DNA of 64,000 nt from the NCBI GenBank assembly GCA_023248635.1, contig JAHFED010000010.1, forward strand, positions 13,275-77,274, in the 5' to 3' direction. This document shows positions 46,388-53,605 of the stretch, in pieces. This stretch comes from Myxococcales bacterium (GTDB lineage Bacteria > Myxococcota > UBA727 > VGSZ01). Positions within the stretch are counted from its first letter, which is position 1. Every line of letters starts with the position of its first letter. The notes below the pieces were generated by a model. The model did not search any database and had not been told where the DNA came from. It saw nothing but the letters and a program-made list of their open reading frames with translations. Both the position numbers and the translations under genes were made by a program.

Positions 46388-46941
46388 GCAAAGAGGGCGT
46401 CGGTGCGTCGACCACCGAGCTTCGCCCGGCCTTTGAGCTCCTGCAGCTCGATGAGGAAAGAGAAGCCCGCCACGACGCCGCCGGTGCGCTCGATCAGGGT
46501 CGCCGTCGCCTGCGCGGTGCCGCCGGTGGCGATGAGGTCGTCGCACACCAACACCCGCTGACCGGGCTTGCAGGCGTCGAGGTGAATCTCGAGCTGATCG
46601 GTGCCGTATTCGAGGCCGTAGCCGATCGACTCGGTCTTGAACGGGAGCTTCCCCTTCTTGCGGATCGGGATGAAGCCCGTGCCGAGGGCCAAAGCGAGGC
46701 CGGTGCCAACGATAAAGCCGCGGCTCTCCATGCCGGCGACGACGTCGACCACTGCTTTGCCGTCAGGCCCGCGCCACACCTCGGCCATGGCCGCGAGCAC
46801 CTCCTTCAAGGCGTCGGCGTCTTGCAGCAGCGGGGTCACGTCGCGAAACAAGATGCCCTTCTTGGGGAAGTCAGGGACATCGCGCACCAGGCCGCGCGCG
46901 CGCAGCAGAGAATCGGAGAGCTTCGTCGGGATCTTCGTCAT
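46381..46941 (-). CDS. apt: Adenine phosphoribosyltransferase.
   Basis: MTKIPTKLSDSLLRARGLVRDVPDFPKKGILFRDVTPLL N-terminus and PRPP-binding motif VLVCDDLIATGGT; 186 aa. The long ORF-track N-terminal extension to 47781 is in the same frame but is really the upstream M23 gene's shadow region. Confidence 0.9.
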   Translation of the reverse strand: MTKIPTKLSDSLLRARGLVRDVPDFPKKGILFRDVTPLLQDADALKEVLAAMAEVWRGPDGKAVVDVVAGMESRGFIVGTGLALALGTGFIPIRKKGKLPFKTESIGYGLEYGTDQLEIHLDACKPGQRVLVCDDLIATGGTAQATATLIERTGGVVAGFSFLIELQELKGRAKLGGRRTDALFAY

Positions 46942-46949
46942 GACAGACC

Positions 46950-47666
46950 TCAGGGTGGCAAGAGCGGCAGCGGATCGACGGGCGCCTTGCGCCGCCGCAC
47001 CTGGAACTGCAACCGAGGGGAGACGCCAGACAAGCCCGAAGCCCCGATCACGCCGACGACGTCGCCTGCCTGTAGCTGCTGCCCCACGCTGACGCTGGTG
47101 CTCTTCAGGTGGGCATAGACCGTCACCAGGTCGCCTGGATGATTGACAACGACGAAGACGCCGGTTCTCGTGTCCTGCGTGCCGGCGAAGGCCACCTGTC
47201 CGGCGGCGGCCGCGCACACGGGGGTTCCTGCTGGCGCAGCGATGAGCACGCCGTCGTAGCCGCCGCGGTCCTTCGCGCTGCCCGCCGAAAAATCCCGCAA
47301 CACGATGCCGTCGACGGGCCACAGCAGCGAAGGGCCCCCCCCCGACGGTGCGGGGGGCACCGGGGCCGGACTTGACCGCACGCCGAGCGCAGGCGCCCCA
47401 GCCGGAATGAAGAGCACCTGGCCGGCGGCGACTTCGTCGGCAGACTGCAGGCCATTGACCTCGACGATCTCCTCGACCGGAAGCCCGGCCTCCGCAGCGA
47501 TGTCCCAAGCGTTCTGCCCCGGCCGCACGGCGACCAGGTACCCCGGCGGGAGCGGCGGCTCCGACGGCGGGGAAACGGTGGCGCAGGCTGCGACGACGGC
47601 GACCAACGCGGCGCACAGCGTCGACAGCAGCGCTCCGGCGGGCAAGTGCTCGAGGGGCGCGATCAC
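46950..47666 (-). CDS. LysM-domain M23 peptidoglycan metalloendopeptidase (lipoprotein).
   Basis: Signal/lipobox LVAVVAAC|A. LysM (YLVAVRPGQNAWDIAAEAGLPVEEIVEVNGL). M23 core (VVNHPGDLVTVYAHL ... GDVVGVIGASGLSGVSPRLQFQV). GTG start at 47666 chosen because ATG 47777 would lie 13 bp from the tRNA. Confidence 0.75.
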   Translation of the reverse strand: MIAPLEHLPAGALLSTLCAALVAVVAACATVSPPSEPPLPPGYLVAVRPGQNAWDIAAEAGLPVEEIVEVNGLQSADEVAAGQVLFIPAGAPALGVRSSPAPVPPAPSGGGPSLLWPVDGIVLRDFSAGSAKDRGGYDGVLIAAPAGTPVCAAAAGQVAFAGTQDTRTGVFVVVNHPGDLVTVYAHLKSTSVSVGQQLQAGDVVGVIGASGLSGVSPRLQFQVRRRKAPVDPLPLLPP

Positions 47667-47789
47667 CAAGGGCAGCCGTGTTTCGGGAAGAGGTGCCAAA
47701 GGGGCCCTGCGCGGAGGTCGTACCAAAGACAAAAGAAAGCGGGACGCCAACGCGTCCCGTTTCCCACCCACTGTCAAACAACAGAAGAT

Positions 47790-47866
47790 TGGTCGGAGCG
47801 ACAGGATTTGAACCTGCGACCCCTAGACCCCCAGTCTAGTGCGCTACCAAACTGCGCCACGCTCCG
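47790..47866 (-). tRNA. tRNA-Pro (anticodon GGG), CCA encoded.
   Basis: Cloverleaf folded by hand: acceptor CGGAGCG/CGCTCCG with C1:G72 (the Pro hallmark), D-stem GCGC/GCGC, anticodon stem CTAGA/TCTAG, loop CTGGGGG (U33, GGG, G37), T-loop TTCAAAT, discriminator A, CCA. Confidence 0.85.
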
Positions 47867-47887
47867 TCTGATGAGTCTGGTATCCGG

Positions 47888-48367
47888 GTGGAACCCACGA
47901 TGTCAACGACTCCGAGAGAGAGACCCATGCCCGCGCCTTCCCGAACCCACGTCGCCGAAGGCAACCTCGCCAAAGTCATTTACGCCGTCGTGATCTTCGT
48001 GGTCGTGGTGGCCGTCGGCACCTTCATGAAGCCGTGGCTGGACGAATATGAGGTGAAAACCGCGGCGCGCATCGCGTGCAACGAAATCATCAAGGGCACG
48101 CGCTACAAGCTCCCCGAGCAAGTCAAGAACGCCGAGAACACGTTCGAGCGCAAGGCCCTGATGGCGGGCGTCCACCTGAAGACGGGGCAGTCCTACGTCT
48201 TCGAAGTGAGCGACATCAGCAACGAAGACCTTTGGCGCTGCCACTTCAAGGCTGCCTGGAAGAGCAGCACGCCGCTGTTGATCGTGAGCGCTCTCTACCC
48301 GGAGGCGCCGCCGATCCAGCGCGTGCACCGCCTCGACAACACCTACGACACCAAGAACTCGTTCTGA
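47888..48367 (+). CDS. Hypothetical single-pass membrane protein.
   Basis: TM VIYAVVIFVVVVAVGTF, good codon bias. The start may be the internal ATG (MPAPSRTH) at about 47927. Confidence 0.55.
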   Translation: MEPTMSTTPRERPMPAPSRTHVAEGNLAKVIYAVVIFVVVVAVGTFMKPWLDEYEVKTAARIACNEIIKGTRYKLPEQVKNAENTFERKALMAGVHLKTGQSYVFEVSDISNEDLWRCHFKAAWKSSTPLLIVSALYPEAPPIQRVHRLDNTYDTKNSF

Positions 48368-48369
48368 GC

Positions 48370-49782
48370 ATGCTCTTGGACCCAGGACTGTTGTCGCGGC
48401 TGGTCGGTCGCGCCCTGGGCCGGGGCGGCGCCTTCGCCGAGATTTACGTCCAGCGTCGCAAGAGCGCTGGCTTCGCCTTCGACGATGGCGAATTGCGCGA
48501 TGCCCAGGCCAGCTGCGACTTCGGCGTCGGCATCCGCGTCATCAAGGGCGCCGCCGTCACCTACGCCTGGTCCGACGACACCTCCGATGCCGCCCTGCTC
48601 GCCTGCGCCGACGCCGCTGCCCGCATCGACGGCGGCGACGAACCCGTGGTGATCGCGCGTCCCCTCGCCCCCCGCCAACGCCCCAGCCATGCCGACCCCC
48701 AACGGGCCCCAGGCGATATTCCCCTCGAGCGGCGCGCCACCCTGGTGCGCCGCGCCGACGCCGCCGCCCGGGCCGCCATCGCGGCCTTTGGAGCCACCTT
48801 GGTGCAGGTGGCCTGCAGCTACGCCGACGTCGACGAAGAGGTCTTGATCGTCAACTCCGAAGGCCTGGTGCTGAGCGACCGGCGCGCCCTGTGCCGGCTG
48901 GGCGTCGAGGTCGTCGTCGACGACGGGGGGCAGCGGCGCACGGGCACCGGTGGCGGCGGATCCCGCATCGGCCTCGATCATTTCGACGCCCGCTCCCAGT
49001 CCCCCGAGGCCCACGCCGAAGAAGCGGCGCGTATGGCGGTGGCGCAAATCGGCGCCCGCGCCACACCCCGCGGAGACAGCGTCGTCGTCTTGGGTCCAGC
49101 GTCGTCGGGGGTGCTGCTGCACGAGGCGGTCGGGCACGGGCTCGAGGCCGATTTCATTCGCAAAAAGACGTCGCTGTTTACCGCGCGCATCGGCCAGAAG
49201 GTGGCCAGCGAGCTCTGCTCCGTCGTCGACGACGGTACCCTGCCCGGCAAGCGGGGCTCCCTGAACGTCGACGACGAAGGCACACCGACCGAACGCACCC
49301 TGCTCATCGAGCGCGGCGTGTTGAAGGCCTATCTCTCTGACCGCCACAACGCCGATCTGCTGGGCATGGAGCGCACCGGCAATGGTCGACGGCAGAGCTT
49401 TCGTCATCCGCCCCTGCCCCGCATGACCAACACTTTCTTGCTGCCCGGCCACGACGACCCCGGCGACATCCTGAAAGGCGTGAAGGTCGGGCTCTACTGC
49501 CGCGCTTTCGGAGGAGGTCAGGTGGACATCGCCAACGGCTCCTTCGTCTTCGAGGTGCGCGAGGGCTATCTCATCGAAGACGGCAAGCTCACGGCGCCCG
49601 TGAAGGGGGCGACGCTCGTCGGCAACGGTCCCGAGACCTTGGCGCGCATCACCCGCGTAGGACACGACGCCGAGCTCGACCCCGGCGTCTACACCTGCGG
49701 CAAGGATGGCCAAAGCGTCCCCGTCGGCGTCGGCCTGCCCACCGTGCGCATCGACGGCATCACCATTGGGGGCACGGGATGA
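48370..49782 (+). CDS. tldD: Metalloprotease TldD.
   Basis: HEAVGHGLEAD motif, GxC...GG TldD/PmbA fold signatures, and a C-terminal GITIGG. ATG 48370 directly follows the upstream stop. Confidence 0.9.
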   Translation: MLLDPGLLSRLVGRALGRGGAFAEIYVQRRKSAGFAFDDGELRDAQASCDFGVGIRVIKGAAVTYAWSDDTSDAALLACADAAARIDGGDEPVVIARPLAPRQRPSHADPQRAPGDIPLERRATLVRRADAAARAAIAAFGATLVQVACSYADVDEEVLIVNSEGLVLSDRRALCRLGVEVVVDDGGQRRTGTGGGGSRIGLDHFDARSQSPEAHAEEAARMAVAQIGARATPRGDSVVVLGPASSGVLLHEAVGHGLEADFIRKKTSLFTARIGQKVASELCSVVDDGTLPGKRGSLNVDDEGTPTERTLLIERGVLKAYLSDRHNADLLGMERTGNGRRQSFRHPPLPRMTNTFLLPGHDDPGDILKGVKVGLYCRAFGGGQVDIANGSFVFEVREGYLIEDGKLTAPVKGATLVGNGPETLARITRVGHDAELDPGVYTCGKDGQSVPVGVGLPTVRIDGITIGGTG

Positions 49783-51179
49783 GCGGGCGCGCCGATCAGT
49801 GGGTCGCGGATCAGCTCTGGGCTGAAGATTTGGCCATGGCCCTCGTCGACGCCGCTCGGAAGGTGGGGGCCGCGGCTTGCGATGCGACGGTGGGCCTGTC
49901 TGCCAGCTTGCAAGCGTCTGCACGCGACGGCGCGGTCGAAGACGTCACCCGCAGCCAAAGTCGCTCCGCAGCGTTGCGCGTGATCGTCGACGGCAAGCTG
50001 GGCTTGGCGACGTCGTCGGACGCTCCCACCACCGCCGCTGACATTGAAGAGCTGGCCCGGACGGCGGTGGGAATCGCGGCGTTGTCGTCGTCGTCGCCGC
50101 ACAATGTCGTGTTGCCGGGTGCCCAAATGACGGCCAACGAGGTGCGCGAAGCCGGCGAGGCCCTGCGCACCTGGGACGACGACACGGCTCTGCTCGACCC
50201 CGCCTGGCCCGTGGAGCGGGCGTTGCTCACCGAGCGGGTGGTACGGGGTCACGAGGGCGTCTCTGGCGTGCGCGACGTTTCAGCGGGCGTGCGGCGCGGG
50301 CTCTTCGCCTTGGCGACGTCGACGGGCTTTCTGGGCTCGATGCGGGGCACCACCGCCCAGCTCAGCTGCTCCGCCGTCGTCGAAGATGGCAGCAAGAAGC
50401 AGATCGAGTCCTGGTGGTCCCAAGCCCGCGCGATGAAGGGGGTGCAAGACGCCGTCGTCGTCGCCGACCTTGCTGCGCGCCGGGCCTTGGCGCGCCGGGG
50501 AGCGCGTCGGGTGCCCTCGCAGTCGATGCCGGTCATCTTCGATCCCAACATGACCCGCGCCTTCTTTGGCGGCGTGTTGGCGGTGGTGAGCGGCGAGGCC
50601 GTGGCCCGCAAGCAATCCTGGCTCGCCGACGCCGTGGGCGCAAAGGTGATGCCCGCGGGTCTGGTGCTCGTCGACGATCCCCTGCTGCGGGGCGGCTTTG
50701 GCTCTCGGGTGTTCGACGGCGAAGGCCAGGCGGCCGAGAAACGCGTCATCGTCGACGACGGCGGCCGCCTCACGGGCTTCTTGCTCGACGGCCGCTCGGC
50801 CGCTCGTCTCGGCTTGCCCAACACAGGACAGGCCGCGCGGGGGTCGACGTCGCTGCCCCACCCCGCCCCGACCAACACGACGCTGATGGGGGGGAGTGGC
50901 GATCTCGCTGCGATTGTGGGCGACACCGCCAACGGTCTGTTGGTGACCAAGCTGCTCGGGCGCGGCGCCGACGCCACCACCGGCGACCTCTCGCGCGGCG
51001 CGGCCGGTTTCTTCGTCAAAGACGGCGCCATCGCCTTTCCCGTCGAAGACCTCACCATCGCGGGCAATGCGCGAGAGATGTTGCTGGCCCTCGATCGGGT
51101 AGGCGCCGACGTCGACGAACGCTCCTCGTTGCGGGTGCCGAGCGTGCGCTTTGCGGCTCTGTCGGTGGGGGGCACATGA
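49779..51179 (+). CDS. pmbA: Metalloprotease PmbA/TldE.
   Basis: TldD/PmbA-family paralog without HExxH. ATGA overlap with tldD. Confidence 0.85.
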   Translation: MSGRADQWVADQLWAEDLAMALVDAARKVGAAACDATVGLSASLQASARDGAVEDVTRSQSRSAALRVIVDGKLGLATSSDAPTTAADIEELARTAVGIAALSSSSPHNVVLPGAQMTANEVREAGEALRTWDDDTALLDPAWPVERALLTERVVRGHEGVSGVRDVSAGVRRGLFALATSTGFLGSMRGTTAQLSCSAVVEDGSKKQIESWWSQARAMKGVQDAVVVADLAARRALARRGARRVPSQSMPVIFDPNMTRAFFGGVLAVVSGEAVARKQSWLADAVGAKVMPAGLVLVDDPLLRGGFGSRVFDGEGQAAEKRVIVDDGGRLTGFLLDGRSAARLGLPNTGQAARGSTSLPHPAPTNTTLMGGSGDLAAIVGDTANGLLVTKLLGRGADATTGDLSRGAAGFFVKDGAIAFPVEDLTIAGNAREMLLALDRVGADVDERSSLRVPSVRFAALSVGGT

Positions 51180-52639
51180 GCGCGCCCTTGGGCCGAGCCG
51201 TCGTTGCGGTGTGCCTGTTGCTGGGGGCCTGTCGCGGCGAACGCAGCACCACCGCCAGCTTCGCCCCCCTGGGCGACCCGTCCCGCCCGGCACCGGGAGC
51301 ACCCGATTTGAGCAGCGAGCCCGACGTGTCGGCCCTGGGCTCTGACGTCAGCAACCTGCCTCGCCTCTATCCTCACGGCGATTGGCTGCCCATCGAAGCT
51401 CCGCTGCTGTCGATGCAGGTGCTGACCCATGTGTCGGTCAACGGCCGGCAAGCGGTGGCGGTGCTCGACACCGGCGCCATGGGCACGACGATGTCGCAAC
51501 CAATGGCCGCGCGCTTGGGCATCCTCGACGACAACACACCGCGGGGCGCCCCAGTGCGGGCCGTCGACGCCCACGGCGACGTCATCTTTGGCGAGAAGCT
51601 CGAGCTCGGGGAGCTGACCATCGGTCGACATCGTTTTCGCCGTGTCTCTGTGACCGTGCTGGGAGATTCGCCGGATCTCTTCCTCATCGGCGCCGACGTC
51701 TTGCAGGATCTCGATCTCTATCTGGCCGCCGACGAAGGCCTGGTCGGCGTCTTCGAGGCTGGGCAGGCCCCGCGCCAACACGGTGAGCTGGTGGTGTCCC
51801 TGCAGAAAGAGGAGCGACAGCTCTTCTTGCGCGCCGCCGCCGATGGCCGACCGCCGGGTGGCAACGGCACGTCGGGACGCTCGCGCTTCGGTCTGCTCAT
51901 CGACACGGGCGCCTGGAACACCTCAGTGCCGGCGTCGATCGGCATCAACGGCGGCATTCCCGCCGACCTATCTTACTCGGCCACCACCGTCGGCGTCGCC
52001 GGCGAACAGGAGGCCCGCGGCCGCTTCATCATGAACCCGCTCTATCTCGGCACCAGAGATCTCGGCGTCGGTCGCGTGTTAGCGGTGTCGTCGACCATCG
52101 ACAACGGCGACGGTTTCGGCTTGCTCGGCAACGACGTCTTCATGCGCTTTCATACGGTGGTCTCTTTTCACGACGGCGAGCTGCGCCTGCGCGCCCTACC
52201 GGTCCGTCCCGCCGAACGCAGCCGCGGGCCTGCGGGCGTGTCTTGCAAGAGCGATGGCCACACCGTGCCCTGCGTGCAGGTGGGTCTGGCGCCGCACGTC
52301 GCCGACGTTGCCGACGACGACCTCCCGGGCATCTGCCTGCAGATCGACGTCGACGCCGCCTACAGCGGGCAGACCGTCGAGCTCGCGATCACGGCCGAAG
52401 ATCCAAAGGCCATCTCTTTGTTCAACGGCGGCGCCATCCGCGCCTTTCTCTCGGTCGATCAGACGGGCTCGCACCACTGCTTCGCGATCTGGCGCCAACT
52501 CGAGAAGCTCGGCCTCACGCAGACGACACGGTTGACCCTGCGCTGGGTCCGCACCGAAGGCGTCATCTGGCCCTGCGATCCCATGAAGACCCGGTGTATT
52601 ACGTTTACGGGTCCTCTGGCGCACCTCGCCATCAAATGA
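51176..52639 (+). CDS. Lipoprotein with two tandem retropepsin-like aspartic protease domains (pseudo-dimeric, pepsin-like).
   Basis: Lipobox LLLGAC|RG. Two Asp-Thr-Gly-Ala signatures, each followed later by a hydrophobic-Gly flap-like region (AVLDTGAMGTTM...LIGADVL and LLIDTGAWNTSV...LLGNDVF). ATGA overlap with the pmbA stop. Confidence 0.7.
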   Translation: MSAPLGRAVVAVCLLLGACRGERSTTASFAPLGDPSRPAPGAPDLSSEPDVSALGSDVSNLPRLYPHGDWLPIEAPLLSMQVLTHVSVNGRQAVAVLDTGAMGTTMSQPMAARLGILDDNTPRGAPVRAVDAHGDVIFGEKLELGELTIGRHRFRRVSVTVLGDSPDLFLIGADVLQDLDLYLAADEGLVGVFEAGQAPRQHGELVVSLQKEERQLFLRAAADGRPPGGNGTSGRSRFGLLIDTGAWNTSVPASIGINGGIPADLSYSATTVGVAGEQEARGRFIMNPLYLGTRDLGVGRVLAVSSTIDNGDGFGLLGNDVFMRFHTVVSFHDGELRLRALPVRPAERSRGPAGVSCKSDGHTVPCVQVGLAPHVADVADDDLPGICLQIDVDAAYSGQTVELAITAEDPKAISLFNGGAIRAFLSVDQTGSHHCFAIWRQLEKLGLTQTTRLTLRWVRTEGVIWPCDPMKTRCITFTGPLAHLAIK

Positions 52640-52706
52640 ATTCACGGACAGCGCTTCGCGTGTCGGTGAATTGTCTACCGGTCCATCGCCTCGCAGTCAT
52701 GAATTT
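52636..52706. repeat. Copy of the ~65-bp double-hairpin intergenic repeat, followed by an AT-rich (about 30% GC) 40-bp tract.
   Basis: atgaattcacggacagcgcttcgcgtgtcggtgaattgtctaccggtccatcgcctcgcagtcatgaatt, then ctagtttgagcgtatgtaattatattatgaattggtcgaaatg. Confidence 0.8.
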
Positions 52707-52743
52707 GCCTGCCTAGTTTGAGCGTATGTAATTATATTATGAA

Positions 52744-53232
52744 TTGGTCGAAATGAGCAGATTTAGTCTTGTTGTCGACGCCATCGGACCTGCCCGCGCG
52801 GTCAAGCTGATGAGCCTCTACCCGCCTTACCTGGGCGCTGGCGTCCGCGTCGACGACGTCGACCCGCAGCTTCGCTCCGTCTCCGTCTCCATGCGCCTCA
52901 CGCGTTGGAACAAGAACGCGGTGGGAACCCATTTCGGCGGCTCCTTGTATTCGCTCTGCGATCCCTGGTTCATGCTCTTGTTGATGGCGCGGCTTGGCCC
53001 CGATTTCATCGTTTGGGACAAGCGCGCCGTGATCGAGTTCCGCAGCCCGGGCCGCGGCAGGGTGAAGGCCCACTTCGTCGTCGACGATGCCTGGCTGGCC
53101 GAGCTGCGCGCCGAAGTGGAGCGCAGCGGCCGGGCCGAGCCGGTGCTGCACGCCGAAGTCACCAACGACGACGGCGGCGTGGTCTGTCGCGTGGAGAAGG
53201 TCATCTCGGTGCGCAAGAAGCCACCGCGGTGA
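52744..53232 (+). CDS. DUF4442-type hotdog-fold protein (YiiD C-terminal domain-like thioesterase).
   Basis: N-terminal LMSLYPPYLGAGVRV motif and the size (162 aa) match DUF4442. The first codons are AT-rich, so the start could be at 52753. Confidence 0.6.
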   Translation: MVEMSRFSLVVDAIGPARAVKLMSLYPPYLGAGVRVDDVDPQLRSVSVSMRLTRWNKNAVGTHFGGSLYSLCDPWFMLLLMARLGPDFIVWDKRAVIEFRSPGRGRVKAHFVVDDAWLAELRAEVERSGRAEPVLHAEVTNDDGGVVCRVEKVISVRKKPPR

Positions 53233-53331
53233 GACGAGATCGTCTGCGCGGGCTTGCTGTGGCCGGCGCCGCGGTCTAACGACGCCCTGTTCTTACAATC
53301 GTGCTCGACGGGAGTCGGGCTGGAGGCTTTC

Positions 53332-53460
53332 ATGGGCAAAGGTGACCTGCGTTCTCGTCGTGGCAAGATCTACCGGGGCACCAACGGCAAGACGCGCCCC
53401 CAAAACGGCAAGAAGCGCGATCACACCGCCGAGGCGCGTTCGACCACCACCGGCAAGTGA
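53332..53460 (+). CDS. Small ribosomal protein bTHX (THX/PSRP4-like), 42 aa.
   Basis: MGKGDLRSRRGKIYRGTNGKTRPQNGKKRDH... closely parallels Thermus THX ([25 protein letters not shown]). A ggagg Shine-Dalgarno lies 7 nt upstream and a strong terminator hairpin downstream. The ORF track fused it to an in-frame upstream extension (53254). Confidence 0.75.
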   Translation: MGKGDLRSRRGKIYRGTNGKTRPQNGKKRDHTAEARSTTTGK

Positions 53461-53482
53461 CGCCGAGCTTCTCCGTCTGACA

Positions 53483-53520
53483 AAGCGCGCCCTCGAGGCG
53501 CGCTTTGCATTTGTTTGGGA
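53483..53520 (+). terminator. Rho-independent terminator after the THX gene.
   Basis: AAAGCGCGCC-ctcga-GGCGCGCTTT is a perfect 10-bp stem, followed by gcatttgttt. Confidence 0.6.
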
Positions 53521-53605
53521 AGCGGGCTCGCCCTGCTCCCAAGCAGGGATGTCACGCCAAGGACCCAGCGACGTGGCTTTTGCGGCCTCGTGCTAAGGCG
53601 GGGGC

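Noticed and set aside
46942-47781. A 466-aa minus ORF spanning apt and upstream sequence as a single gene.
   Set aside because: The apt N-terminus (MTKIPTK...) is an obvious internal start. The upstream part of that frame is R/G/A-rich shadow of the separately encoded LysM-M23 gene, which is read in another minus frame.
53254-53331. The upstream in-frame extension of the THX ORF (the ORF-track 68-aa version).
   Set aside because: The ggagg Shine-Dalgarno and the THX homology begin at the internal ATG (53332). The extension has poor composition (MLWPAPRSNDALFLQSCSTG) and no ribosome-binding site.
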